64,000 bases of DNA. Origin: an uncultured Spirochaetales bacterium (GTDB lineage: Bacteria; Spirochaetota; Spirochaetia; SPDA01; CAZSGZ01). Positions 1-9,848 of the stretch are shown here, piece by piece (positions within the stretch are counted from its first letter, which is position 1; every line of letters starts with the position of its first letter). The stretch spans positions 7,976 to 71,975 of the forward strand of contig CAYTSI010000001.1 of the NCBI GenBank assembly GCA_964440465.1. Direction: 5' to 3'. The notes beneath the pieces were generated by a model. It made no database searches and was not told the origin of the DNA. It saw only the letters and a list, made by a program, of their open reading frames with translations. Position numbers and translations under genes: made by a program.

Positions 1-1030
1 TTATCGGGTTCGGCCACAGCAAATCGAGTCCGGAAAACCGGGCGGTTACGGGATTATTGCTTGACACATTCTCCTGAAGGAGGGACACCCACAGCGGATA
101 CGGCCCGATAACCTGCCAGGCAATATTACCCAAAATTTGGGCCGGCAGCCTGAACGGCCGGTTATATTCATCGCAAACCAGTGAGGGGGCTATTGAAATT
201 CCGAATTGCCGCAGATAATCGAGAAGGGCCGTATTTTCGTGCTCATATGCCTGTAAATTCGCCGCAAGATCGATATAGACGGATTCCGCGAGGAAACAGG
301 CGTTTCCCCCGCGCTGAATATAATCGTCGATAACGCCAAGATGTTCCTCCCGAATCGCGGTATTTCCAATAACGAGAAGAACGGTAATGTCCGGCGGTAT
401 AGGACCGCCCGGCGTAAGTATCGAGTGCGGAAAATTTCCGCCTAAACTTTCGAGAAACATGGAGTAGTCCCGCTCCGGCTGTTTATCGGCATCTCCTATC
501 AGTATTCCTATTTTTCTCTCAACGTCCTGTACCAAGGACCTGATTTTAGTTGTAAGGTCGTATTCGAGGGTTTCGGTCCGGACCACCATCGGCAGCGTTT
601 CATGTTCCGATAAATATTCGATAACGATTCCGGAATAAATGAGCGCTACGGACCTTTCATTCTTTTCCAGCACCTCAACTTGTTGGGGAACGACACCGAG
701 GGTCTCCGCGAGCTGTTCGTCTCCCGTTTCCGCCGGATCGGCAGTCTTTACCAGGATTTTTCCCCTGGAATACGCGGCGTATTCGTAGAGCATGTCTTCT
801 ATTTGTTCCGGTATCGACGAAAAGTCTTTCAGCTTGTTCGAGCGGTAGTAGGTAATGGTAACCTCTTCCGGAATTTCGGCAAACAGGTCTTTCGATACTT
901 CGGAAATTGTATAGATGTTATTTTCTGTAATATCGAAGCGCGTAAAGAAGCGGACCGCGTTCAGGGCGGCGAAAAATATGATGAGGATAGAAAGGAAAGT
1001 CGTTATTACTTCAAACCGTTTCCGCGGCAT
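1..1030 (-). CDS. GldG-like ABC-transporter auxiliary protein, partial (runs off window start)
   Basis: Minus-strand frame opens with ATG at 1030..1028 (MPRKRFEVITTFLSILIIFFAALNAV..., one N-terminal TM then a large soluble domain) and has no in-frame stop down to position 1. It lies directly downstream of an ABC-2 permease/ATPase pair, as in gldA-gldF-gldG triads. It is absent from the ORF track because there is no stop inside the window. The opposite-strand ORF 680..1084 is rejected. Confidence 0.55.
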   Translation of the reverse strand, partial: MPRKRFEVITTFLSILIIFFAALNAVRFFTRFDITENNIYTISEVSKDLFAEIPEEVTITYYRSNKLKDFSSIPEQIEDMLYEYAAYSRGKILVKTADPAETGDEQLAETLGVVPQQVEVLEKNERSVALIYSGIVIEYLSEHETLPMVVRTETLEYDLTTKIRSLVQDVERKIGILIGDADKQPERDYSMFLESLGGNFPHSILTPGGPIPPDITVLLVIGNTAIREEHLGVIDDYIQRGGNACFLAESVYIDLAANLQAYEHENTALLDYLRQFGISIAPSLVCDEYNRPFRLPAQILGNIAWQVIGPYPLWVSLLQENVSSNNPVTARFSGLDLLWPNPI

Positions 1031-1045
1031 ATAGAACCTCTCCTT

Positions 1046-1768
1046 TTATTTCCATTTACGAAAAACAAGCACTTTCACATTTAAAAACAGGAAGAAGGCC
1101 GTAAGCAAAATAAAATATGCCAAGTCCCGAGTATCGATCAGCCCTTTTCGAAAACTTTCAAAATGGTAGTCGAGTGAAATAAAATTGACCGTGTCGGCAA
1201 GCCATCGCGGGAGCGTCAGCAATACGGACATATTCCCGATAAGCGTGAGAAAAACAAGGACAACAACGCTTAAGATAAAAGCTGAAATCTGGTTTCTCGA
1301 AACACTGGAGATAAACAAGCCTAAGGCCGTCCCCGCGCTCGCGAGAAGCAGGGAGCCGAAATATTCTCCGGCAACAGCTCCCGTTTCAAAATCTCCCAAA
1401 ACGAGCAAGCTTACGGGAATAGGTATTGTCAGGACCAACACCCCGGCAATGAGTATCAGAACGGACAGGTATTTTCCAATAACAATCTGCCATTCTCTCA
1501 AGGGAAGGGTAAGCAGGATCTCGTCCGTTTTGAGTTTTTTTTCTTCGGCCCACATCCTCATCGTCAGCGCCGGCAGTAACACGGCAAAAACAACGGGTAC
1601 AACGGCGAAATAGCCCCGCATAGACGCGGTGTTTCTCGCAAGAAACTGCCGCGCAAAGAAAAACCAAACCGAACAAACCAGCAGAAAAAACAGCGCGGAT
1701 ATATAGGCAATCGGGGAATTCAGATACGATCGAACTTCTTTTTTCATAATTGTCCCGATATTAGACAT
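1046..1768 (-). CDS. ABC-2 family transporter permease (GldF-like)
   Basis: 240 aa with 6 predicted TM helices and an ABC-2 permease pattern; start overlaps the stop of the upstream ATPase by 8 nt. Confidence 0.75.
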   Translation of the reverse strand: MSNIGTIMKKEVRSYLNSPIAYISALFFLLVCSVWFFFARQFLARNTASMRGYFAVVPVVFAVLLPALTMRMWAEEKKLKTDEILLTLPLREWQIVIGKYLSVLILIAGVLVLTIPIPVSLLVLGDFETGAVAGEYFGSLLLASAGTALGLFISSVSRNQISAFILSVVVLVFLTLIGNMSVLLTLPRWLADTVNFISLDYHFESFRKGLIDTRDLAYFILLTAFFLFLNVKVLVFRKWK

Positions 1769-2711
1769 GTTTCTCCCCCTCCTTTCCCGTTAGTTCGATA
1801 AAAATGTCCTCCAGGCTTTTCGCGACAGGCCTGAGTTCCACAATTTTCATGTCGTGTTTCACCGCGGCATCGAATATATATTCCGCCCCCGCCTCCTTTG
1901 ATTCGACGGCACACTGCAGCTCCCTGTATCCCTTCGTTTCATCCTCGGCGGTAATTTTCGAAACGGTGCCCCCTTTAAGGAGGTCCGTTACAAAGGCCGG
2001 GTAATTCTCCCCCCTTAAGCGCAGAAACACGATGCTGCCTCCCTCTAATTGTCCGCTGATCTCCTCCGCGGTCCCCGATGCCGCGATCTCACCCCTGTTC
2101 ATAATCAGGACCCGGCCGCACAAAACCTCAACTTCCCGGAGGATATGGGTCGAAAGAATGACCGTTTTCTCCCTTCCGAGCTGTTGAATCAGCTTCCTGA
2201 TCTCAACTATCTGGTTCGGATCGAGTCCGGTAGTCGGCTCGTCTAAAATAAGGATAGCAGGGTCGTGGATAATTGCCTGGGCAAGTCCGACCCGCTGCCG
2301 GTAGCCTTTTGAGAGCTGCTCGATGGGTTTGTAGAGGACACCGGACAGACCGCAGATATCGACGGCCCGGTCCAGGTGTTTTTTCTTTTCCTGCTTTTGA
2401 ATGTGTCTGGCATCACTTATAAAATCAAGATACTCGAACACATTCAAATCCGCGTACACCGGCGCGTTTTCCGGAAGGTAGCCGATTATCTCTTTAATTT
2501 TCTCAGGGGCAAGGAAAATATTTTCTCCCGCTATCTCTACGGTGCCGTAATCCGGGAAGTGGTAGCACGTTAGAATTTTCATCAATGTTGTTTTCCCGGC
2601 CCCGTTCGGCCCGAGAAGACCGAGGATTTCCCCCTTCCCCATTGAAAAACTGACATCCTGTACCGCTCGTGTTTCGCCGTATGTTTTGGTTACATTTTCA
2701 GCCTGTATCAT
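1761..2711 (-). CDS. ABC transporter ATP-binding protein (GldA-like)
   Basis: Walker A GPNGAGKTT, ABC signature LSKGYRQR, Walker B ILILDEPTTGLD. Confidence 0.9.
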   Translation of the reverse strand: MIQAENVTKTYGETRAVQDVSFSMGKGEILGLLGPNGAGKTTLMKILTCYHFPDYGTVEIAGENIFLAPEKIKEIIGYLPENAPVYADLNVFEYLDFISDARHIQKQEKKKHLDRAVDICGLSGVLYKPIEQLSKGYRQRVGLAQAIIHDPAILILDEPTTGLDPNQIVEIRKLIQQLGREKTVILSTHILREVEVLCGRVLIMNRGEIAASGTAEEISGQLEGGSIVFLRLRGENYPAFVTDLLKGGTVSKITAEDETKGYRELQCAVESKEAGAEYIFDAAVKHDMKIVELRPVAKSLEDIFIELTGKEGEKHV

Positions 2712-2731
2712 ACCCCGCTCCTTGAAGCGAA

Positions 2732-3658
2732 TTAGGTCCTAAATGGTATCGATATTGTCTGACCGTCCCGGGTTAAAAAGGTCTTCGGAAATATTTCCGA
2801 CGCCTCTTTCAGCAATTGTTTTAATTCATACTCCGTGTATCGCGGACTGTAATGGATAAGCCCTAATTTTTCTACATTACCCTTTTTCGCGAGGAAGGCC
2901 GCCTGCATAGATGTAAGGTGCTTTTTTTCTTTCGCGCTTTCCCGCAATTCTTCCGTAAACATCCCCTCGCAGATGAGGAGATCGGAATTATCAATCTGCT
3001 CCGGTATTGAATCAAGATAGAGCGTATCGGTAATGTAACTGAACTTGCGTCCCTCCCTGGCCGGACCCATTACATCCGCCGAGGAAACGACCCGTCCGTC
3101 TTGAAGGCGCACGTCCTCCCCCATCTGCAGCTTCGACCAGAGCGGCCCCCGGGGGACCCCGTAACGCTCGGCCTTCTCCGGGAAAAACACGCCGGGGCGC
3201 GGGTTTTCAATCAGCGTGTATCCCATACAGGGCTTGGAATGGCGAAGCCTAAAAGCATGAATTGCAAACTCTTCACCCGTATAAATAATTCCCGGTCCTG
3301 TAATTTCAATTACCCGGATCTCGTAGTTGATGTACATATCCAGCACGCTTTTACTCATCTCTACATAGTCCCGGATTTTCGGCGGTCCGATAATATACAG
3401 CGGCTCTTCCCTGTCGACCTGAGAGGAGAGCATCATAATGCCCGGCAGGCCGGTAACATGATCAGCGTGGGTGTGGGAGATGAAAATCGCGGTAATTTTC
3501 TTCCATTTTAAATTGAGTTTGCGGAGCGATACCTGCGTTCCCTCGCCGCAGTCAAACAGGAACAGCTCCCCTTCCCGCCGCAGCAGCACCGACGTCAGAT
3601 GCCGGCGCGGCAGCGGCATCATCCCTCCGCATCCTAAAACAAATGCTTCCATATTCAT
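2732..3658 (-). CDS. rnz: ribonuclease Z (metallo-beta-lactamase fold tRNA 3' endonuclease)
   Basis: 308 aa with the HTHADH zinc motif, RNase Z length and layout. Confidence 0.8.
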   Translation of the reverse strand: MNMEAFVLGCGGMMPLPRRHLTSVLLRREGELFLFDCGEGTQVSLRKLNLKWKKITAIFISHTHADHVTGLPGIMMLSSQVDREEPLYIIGPPKIRDYVEMSKSVLDMYINYEIRVIEITGPGIIYTGEEFAIHAFRLRHSKPCMGYTLIENPRPGVFFPEKAERYGVPRGPLWSKLQMGEDVRLQDGRVVSSADVMGPAREGRKFSYITDTLYLDSIPEQIDNSDLLICEGMFTEELRESAKEKKHLTSMQAAFLAKKGNVEKLGLIHYSPRYTEYELKQLLKEASEIFPKTFLTRDGQTISIPFRT

Positions 3659-3689
3659 GAGCAGTCCCCACCTTCAAGCAGATTAGCCG

Positions 3690-6191
3690 CTATCCCGCGG
3701 TCTCGACTGGCTGCGGGGTTTTTTGTTCGGCCTTCCGTTTAAAGGATATTTTGTCATTTTTTATGCCGATACTGATGGTGTCCCCTTCTGTAAACCGCTC
3801 TTTGAGGATCTCCATGGAAAGCTGGTCTTCAATTTCCTTCTGAATGACCCGCCGCAGGGGCCGGGCGCCGTATTTTACATCGTAGCCTTTTTCAATAAGC
3901 CGTTCCTTCGCCTTTCTGGTAATTTCTACATTGATAGTTTTTTCAGCGAGACGCTCCGCGACTTCTTCAAACATAATGTCGAAAATGTTTTGAATTTCAC
4001 CTTTTGTCAGGCTGTGGAACACGACAATTTCGTCCACCCGGTTGATAAATTCGGGCCGGAAAAACCGTTTCAATTCATTCATCGCGGAATTTTTTATCTC
4101 ACTGTAGGGGATCAGCCCCTCTTCGACCTGAAATCCCACGGAAGAGTCCCGCGACATCTCCCGCGCCCCCACGTTGGATGTCATAATGAGGACCGTGTTC
4201 CTGAATGAAACTTTATGACCTAAATTGTCCTGCAGTTCCCCTTCTTCTAAGACCTGCAGCAGCATATTGAATACATCGGGATGGGCCTTTTCAATTTCAT
4301 CTAATAGAATAACGCTGTAGGGACGCCTCCGGATTTTTTCAGTTAAAAGACCCCCCTCTTCGTATCCGATATACCCGGGAGGGGCGCCTACTAAACGGCT
4401 GACATTGTGCTTTTCCATAAAGTCCGACATATCGATCCGGACCAGCGCGTCCTCGCTGCCGAAGAGGAACTCCGCGAGGGTTTTGGCCAGGAGGGACTTT
4501 CCGACACCCGTCGGCCCGAGAAAGATAAAAGACCCCATCGGGCGTTTTGGTGAACTGAGGCCCGTCCGGGCACGGCGGATTGCCGATGAAACCACCGCGA
4601 TGGATTCGTTTTGCCCGATTACCGTCCTGTGCAGTTCTTCTTCGATATTGAGAAGTTTTTTGCTCTCGCTCTGGGCGAGCCGCGAAAGAGGGATGCCCGT
4701 AATGTCGCTTATAACAAACTGAATGTCCGTTTCATCGACGATATTTTTTTCACTCCGCAGGGTCTGCTCCCAGCCCTTTTTCATTTCTTCGACCTTCTGC
4801 TTCAGCTGCCGTACGGTGTCCCGCACCGCCGCCGCTTTTTCGTAATTCTGGTTGTTCACCAAAGCAATTTTATCCGCCGTCAGGTCCTCAATTTCTTTTT
4901 CCAGTTCCGCGAGCTCCTTCGGCCGGACACTGTTGTTTATCCGCTTCCTCGATCCGGCTTCATCGATTAAATCGATGGCTTTGTCCGGCAGAAACCGTTC
5001 GGTAATATACCGGTAGGAAAGGAAAACCGCGCTCCGGAGCGCTTCGCTGGTGTAGGTAACGTTATGATGTTCTTCGTAACGGTCTTTAATCCCTTCGAGA
5101 ATGGTTACCGTCTGGTCGGTCGTCGGCTGGTCGACGTAAATGGCCTGAAACCTCCGCTCTAGCGCGGCGTCTTTCTCGATGTATTTTTTATACTCGTTTA
5201 AGGTCGTCGCCCCGATACATTGCAGCTCTCCCCTGGACAGCGCGGGCTTCAGCATATTCGACGCGTCGATGGCCCCCTCAGCTCCCCCGGCTCCGATAAT
5301 GGTGTGCAGCTCATCGATAAACAAAATAACATTTCCAACGGTTATAATTTCTTTCATTACCCGCTTCAGCCGCTCCTCGAATTCCCCGCGGTACTTGGTC
5401 CCGGCGATAAGGGAGGCTAAATCGAGGGTAACGACCCGTTTCCCGATAAGGATTTCCGGTACGCTTCCGTCGGTAATTCTCTGCGCGAGACCTTCGGCAA
5501 TCGCGGTTTTTCCCACGCCGGGTTCACCGATGAGGACCGGATTGTTCTTCGTCCTCCGGGCTAAGATCTGTACCACCCGCTGGATCTCTTTTTCCCTGCC
5601 GATAACCGGGTCAAGCTTGTCCTCTCTGGCATATTCGGTAAGGTCGCGGGAAAAATCGTCCAGTGTCGGTGTTGATTTTTTTCCGCTTCCGCCGCCGGCC
5701 GGTGCTTTCCGTTTCTGCTGTGTAATCGGGTTCGGCCGTTTCCGTTCTTTTCCGACGCCGCTCATTTCGATAATGGTGTCCCGGAGAGATTCAATGGTAA
5801 CATTGTATTTATCAAGGCTCCTCTCCAAAATTCCTCCTGTTTCCCTGGCAGCGGCCAGCAGCAGATGCTCGGTACCGATATATTCGTGTCCCAAATTCCG
5901 TGCCTCTTCCGCGGAACCTTCCAGGATCCGTTTCCCCCGTTTCGACGGCGGCACATCGCCTAGAATAAATCCGCCTTTTTTCTTCGGTATACCGCCCTCG
6001 ATATCGATCTGCAGCTTTGCCGGATCGAGATGCATTTTCTGCAGCACCTTATACGCAAGGCCTTCACCGTCTTTTAAAATTGCAAGTATAATATGCTCGG
6101 GAAGAAGCTGGTCCGAATGGAACCGTTTAGCCTCTTCCTGCGCGGTAATTGTCAATATTTTCTGTGCTCGCTGCGTTAATCCTTTAAACAT
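3690..6191 (-). CDS. clpC: ATP-dependent Clp protease ATP-binding subunit ClpC
   Basis: 833 aa; duplicated N-terminal Clp_N repeats; two AAA+ modules ([13 protein letters not shown] and [15 protein letters not shown]); directly downstream of mcsA-mcsB. Confidence 0.9.
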   Translation of the reverse strand: MFKGLTQRAQKILTITAQEEAKRFHSDQLLPEHIILAILKDGEGLAYKVLQKMHLDPAKLQIDIEGGIPKKKGGFILGDVPPSKRGKRILEGSAEEARNLGHEYIGTEHLLLAAARETGGILERSLDKYNVTIESLRDTIIEMSGVGKERKRPNPITQQKRKAPAGGGSGKKSTPTLDDFSRDLTEYAREDKLDPVIGREKEIQRVVQILARRTKNNPVLIGEPGVGKTAIAEGLAQRITDGSVPEILIGKRVVTLDLASLIAGTKYRGEFEERLKRVMKEIITVGNVILFIDELHTIIGAGGAEGAIDASNMLKPALSRGELQCIGATTLNEYKKYIEKDAALERRFQAIYVDQPTTDQTVTILEGIKDRYEEHHNVTYTSEALRSAVFLSYRYITERFLPDKAIDLIDEAGSRKRINNSVRPKELAELEKEIEDLTADKIALVNNQNYEKAAAVRDTVRQLKQKVEEMKKGWEQTLRSEKNIVDETDIQFVISDITGIPLSRLAQSESKKLLNIEEELHRTVIGQNESIAVVSSAIRRARTGLSSPKRPMGSFIFLGPTGVGKSLLAKTLAEFLFGSEDALVRIDMSDFMEKHNVSRLVGAPPGYIGYEEGGLLTEKIRRRPYSVILLDEIEKAHPDVFNMLLQVLEEGELQDNLGHKVSFRNTVLIMTSNVGAREMSRDSSVGFQVEEGLIPYSEIKNSAMNELKRFFRPEFINRVDEIVVFHSLTKGEIQNIFDIMFEEVAERLAEKTINVEITRKAKERLIEKGYDVKYGARPLRRVIQKEIEDQLSMEILKERFTEGDTISIGIKNDKISFKRKAEQKTPQPVETAG

Positions 6192-7259
6192 CTATTGTAT
6201 CCCCTCGCCGGTTAGTTTTTTTCGTATCATTTCAGCACGGTAATAATCGACGGTCCGCGCGCTGATTTCTCTCCCCTCCGCTTCAAGAAAGGCCTGAATA
6301 TGCGCGGTTTGGCTCAAAAACAACAGTTTCGTTACTGCTGAAATCGGCGCGGTAAGCCATCCTAATACCACCCCCCACCGTATCAGCAGTAAAAGCTCTA
6401 TCGCCTCCTTCGCGGAAATCGTTCTGCAGTACTGCAAAATACCGTAGGCCCTGAAAATTTTATCCTCGATCTCGGTCCGTTTCTTCTCCGCGAGTTCCTC
6501 CCGTACCTTTCTCTCATAATGTACTATCTGATAGGTCACATTTTCAAGTTTTTCTATCAATTCTTTTTCACTCATACCGAATGAAACGGTATTTGCTAGC
6601 TGATACATATTTCCCAGGGAGTGATTATCCTCACCCCAAAAGCCCTTCACGCCGAGTCCGATTTGAACGATGGCTTTACATGTTTTTTCAGCCAATCCCG
6701 CTTCCGCTAATGCCGGCAGATGCAGCATGGTGGAAACTTTCATGCCGGTGCCCAAATTGGTCAATTCGGTGCTTAAATACCCCAAATCCAGCGAAACAGC
6801 ATAATCGAGCCCCTTTTCCAGGGTTTCTTCGACACTGTTTACCTCGCTGTATCCCCTATTCAGGTCCAAACCGCTTGTAAAGGCACAAAGACGAAGATGG
6901 TCCACGTGATTGATGGTCCCGTATACATCTTTCCCCCTGCCGAGAAGGACCTTCCGTTTTTTTTCCAGTGTATATTCCTGAGGAATAATGTTCCGTTCCA
7001 TGAGGACCCGGCGCTGTACATTGCTTAAATCGCCGATGGAAACCGAATCGATCCCGCTGCTTGCACCGCCGCGGGACTCGAGGGCCCGCTCTATTTGGTC
7101 CTGGACGTCCCTCGATTCTTTCTCCAGCATTTTCCCGTTAAAATTATGGTCCGCTACGTTTCGGGAGAGGCGGACACGGGAAGAAATGACACAATCATTT
7201 TCCGGGCCTTCCTTTGAAAACCACATGTTTTCAGGTGCAAGTAACTCTATTTTATTCAT
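6192..7259 (-). CDS. mcsB: protein arginine kinase McsB (ATP:guanido phosphotransferase)
   Basis: Phosphagen-kinase-like core (ELTNLGTGMKVSTMLHLPAL, IVQIGLGVKGFWGE); start trimmed to MNKIELL at 7259, overlapping the mcsA stop by 8 nt. The ORF-track N-terminal extension to 7322 is rejected. Confidence 0.8.
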   Translation of the reverse strand: MNKIELLAPENMWFSKEGPENDCVISSRVRLSRNVADHNFNGKMLEKESRDVQDQIERALESRGGASSGIDSVSIGDLSNVQRRVLMERNIIPQEYTLEKKRKVLLGRGKDVYGTINHVDHLRLCAFTSGLDLNRGYSEVNSVEETLEKGLDYAVSLDLGYLSTELTNLGTGMKVSTMLHLPALAEAGLAEKTCKAIVQIGLGVKGFWGEDNHSLGNMYQLANTVSFGMSEKELIEKLENVTYQIVHYERKVREELAEKKRTEIEDKIFRAYGILQYCRTISAKEAIELLLLIRWGVVLGWLTAPISAVTKLLFLSQTAHIQAFLEAEGREISARTVDYYRAEMIRKKLTGEGIQ

Positions 7260-7782
7260 TTGTACGTTCCGATGTTCTTTCCAGATCGTGAATTTTGTCC
7301 CGCAGCACGGCCGCTGCTTCATAATCTTCGTTTTTAATCGCGTCTAAAAGCTTTTGCTTAATCTGCTCTTTATCGATCAGCAGCCGCTTGAATTCCGTCA
7401 GTTTTGAGGGATATTTGCCCGCGTGCTGATGGGTCCCGGCAATATTTTCAAGCAGCGCGTACACTTCTTTCCGGAATGTCCGCACGCATTCGGCACAGCC
7501 TAATTGCCCGTCTTTTTGAAATTCCTTATATGTCAGCCCGCAGCGGGGACAAATTTTTTTCTCTATGTCCGATTTCACTTCGGAGGTAATATGCAGCAGC
7601 CCCGTCAGCAGTTCGGAAATTGAAAGGTCCAGTGAGTCCGTCTCCCCGGTTATACCCCGGTGTTTCGCGCATTCCTCACATAAATGCAGATCGATAATTT
7701 CACTGCCCATAATCTGCTGAACATGTATAACCGCGTCATTTTTCCCGCACAGTTCACATTTTTTTTGACTATCATCTTCCAT
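7252..7782 (-). CDS. mcsA: McsA, activator of protein arginine kinase (zinc-finger plus UvrB/C motif protein)
   Basis: CxxC...CxxC pairs (CELCG, CEEC, CPRCG, CAEC) and a C-terminal UVR motif AAVLRDKIHDLE; gene order mcsA-mcsB-clpC. Confidence 0.8.
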   Translation of the reverse strand: MEDDSQKKCELCGKNDAVIHVQQIMGSEIIDLHLCEECAKHRGITGETDSLDLSISELLTGLLHITSEVKSDIEKKICPRCGLTYKEFQKDGQLGCAECVRTFRKEVYALLENIAGTHQHAGKYPSKLTEFKRLLIDKEQIKQKLLDAIKNEDYEAAAVLRDKIHDLERTSERTNE

Positions 7783-7830
7783 TGGTATAGTTTACTCATA
7801 AAGACATAAAAAGTATAGAGATTTCCCCCC

Positions 7831-9135
7831 CTAGAATCGGCGGAGAATATCTAAAGGAAGGGTCCTCCCGGCCCTTCGCGCGGGGAAAAACGCCGCGGCC
7901 AAGGACAAAATGACCGATACCAGGGATATAACGAGCAAATTTATCAATTTCAGATTGATAGGGATTTCTGCCAGATAAAATTCAGGATTGAGGAGCCGGG
8001 CCGGCCCCCCTGTTTCTCCGGGGGACGCGGCAATCAGCCCCACCGTCACCTCCCGGAACCCGTTCACGAGGCCTTCGATAACCTGTATTACCTCATTTAC
8101 ATTCACCGAAAGGGCAACTCCCGCTGCCATCCCGATGCATGTACCGGTAACTCCGATCCACAAACCGGTAAACAAAAAGGTCCTCCTGATTACCCCCGGA
8201 GACGCGCCGATACTTTTCAGTATCGCGATGTCGCGCTGCCGCTCCATCACGATCATCACAATAGTGGAGGAAATATTGACCGAAGCAACCACGAGGACCA
8301 TCACCATGATAAAAAAGAGGAGGTTTTTCGTGTCTTCAAGAGATTTATACATCGATTTTTCAAGCTCATACCAGGTGTATACATACCAGCCCGGCGGAAG
8401 GACCCGATTAATTTTCCATACCGTTTCCCGAAGGTCGCCGTACGGGTTGCCGACTTTAATCCCTAACGACACGTCCCCGGGCCCCGTAAACAGCCGTTCC
8501 CCCCTCCGGTATGGAATGATAATACTCAATGTGTCCAGCTCCCGGTAGCCGGTGGTAAAAATACCGGTCACTTTCAGCATCGACGGACGTAAAATTACCG
8601 GCCTGCCGGGATACGATTTCCCGGTAAGCATCTTCAGCATGTCCCCGGTGTGGATTTTCAGCTTTTCCGCCATCTGACTGCTGATTAAGACCGAATTATC
8701 ATCCTCCAGTTTGAACCCGCCTTCTTCAAAAACGATGTAGTCACTGTAGGACCGGTCGGATTCGTACAGTCCCTCGGGAAGACCGCGGACAGCCGCTCCG
8801 CTGCCGCCGTATTCCGAATAGAGGAGCGAGGTCCCCTCCGCGACGGGAAAGGCTGCGGTAACACCGTCGACGGCGGCAACTGCTTCGGCAAGAAGACCGA
8901 TGTCCGTCTCTTCATCGTCCGAATAGTTCCGGATCTGCATGTGAAATGTGCCTACTTCGACGTATCGTCTCGTTATTCCTTCGATCATCCCTTCCGCGAC
9001 CTGCATAACAAGCAGCAGCGGAAGAAGACTTACGGCAATACCCAGGATCGCGCCGACCATCCTTCTGCGGGTCCGGTTTTTCCCCGATTTGCCCCGTAAA
9101 TACCGAAGTGATAAGAAAAACGAGGTGCTCTTCAT
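7831..9135 (-). CDS. FtsX-family ABC transporter permease (LolE-like)
   Basis: 434 aa; N-terminal TM, large periplasmic MacB-like domain, C-terminal FtsX 3-TM module; overlaps the LolD-like ATPase by 4 nt. Confidence 0.75.
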   Translation of the reverse strand: MKSTSFFLSLRYLRGKSGKNRTRRRMVGAILGIAVSLLPLLLVMQVAEGMIEGITRRYVEVGTFHMQIRNYSDDEETDIGLLAEAVAAVDGVTAAFPVAEGTSLLYSEYGGSGAAVRGLPEGLYESDRSYSDYIVFEEGGFKLEDDNSVLISSQMAEKLKIHTGDMLKMLTGKSYPGRPVILRPSMLKVTGIFTTGYRELDTLSIIIPYRRGERLFTGPGDVSLGIKVGNPYGDLRETVWKINRVLPPGWYVYTWYELEKSMYKSLEDTKNLLFFIMVMVLVVASVNISSTIVMIVMERQRDIAILKSIGASPGVIRRTFLFTGLWIGVTGTCIGMAAGVALSVNVNEVIQVIEGLVNGFREVTVGLIAASPGETGGPARLLNPEFYLAEIPINLKLINLLVISLVSVILSLAAAFFPARRAGRTLPLDILRRF

Positions 9136-9848
9136 TCTATCCGCTCTACCGTTCCGTTCTGCAGCCGATAATGGTCGGTACCCCGTCCGGCCAGGTCCAT
9201 ATCATGGGTAACGAGAATGAGGGTGGTGTTCAGTTTCGATACAAGGGAAAAAAGGATCTCCTCCACGTTCCGGGAATTTGCTTCATCCAGGTTCCCCGTC
9301 GGCTCATCCGCTAAAATAATTTCCGGTCCGTTCATCAGGGCCCTGGCAACGGCAACCCGCTGACGTTCCCCCCCCGAAAGCTGGGCGGGATAGTGGGCGT
9401 ATCTTTCCCCTAACAGCACCTGGTCCAGCAGAAACCGTCCCCGTTCTTCAGCTTTGGTTTTCGGCATCCCCGCGATGTAGCCGGGAAGCAGCACGTTTTC
9501 CAAAGCGGTAAAATCCTTCAAGAGGAAGTGAAACTGAAAAATAAATCCGACCGTATGTTTCCGAAAATCGGTCAAGTCCTCTTCCGCCAAATTATCAATT
9601 CGTTTTCCCTTTACCCTAACCGTTCCGCCGCTCGGCTTGTCGAGGCCGCCGATAATGTTCAGGAGGGAACTCTTTCCCGAGCCGCTTTCGCCCGATATCG
9701 ATACGATTTTTTCCCGGGGGACCGACAAATCCAGTCCCTTCAGGATAATCAGTTTTTCTTCTCCGTTTCGAAAAATTTTATCGACTCCGTTTATTTCAAC
9801 TACTGTTTCGTTATTCATATTGTCCTTATTCATAATGCAGTACTTCAC
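9132..9848 (-). CDS. ABC transporter ATP-binding protein (LolD/MacB-type)
   Basis: Walker A GESGSGKSSL, signature LSGGERQRVAVARAL, Walker B ILADEPTGNLD. Confidence 0.85.
   Translation of the reverse strand: MKYCIMNKDNMNNETVVEINGVDKIFRNGEEKLIILKGLDLSVPREKIVSISGESGSGKSSLLNIIGGLDKPSGGTVRVKGKRIDNLAEEDLTDFRKHTVGFIFQFHFLLKDFTALENVLLPGYIAGMPKTKAEERGRFLLDQVLLGERYAHYPAQLSGGERQRVAVARALMNGPEIILADEPTGNLDEANSRNVEEILFSLVSKLNTTLILVTHDMDLAGRGTDHYRLQNGTVERIE

Noticed and set aside
680-1084. 134-aa plus-strand ORF in the first kb
   Set aside because: The opposite strand carries a long uninterrupted GldG-like reading frame in operon context with the ABC permease/ATPase. The plus-strand ORF is low complexity and lacks motifs.
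5179-6243. 354-aa antisense ORF inside clpC (and similar long antisense ORFs, e.g. 50913..51596 and 54532..55251)
   Set aside because: Ser/Pro/Arg-rich, motif-free translations of the antisense strand of strongly supported genes in GC-rich DNA; no independent RBS or context.
7783-7830. CtsR operator upstream of mcsA
   Set aside because: No tandem heptad GGTCAAA-type direct repeat in the 48-nt upstream region. The region looks like a plain short intergenic spacer.
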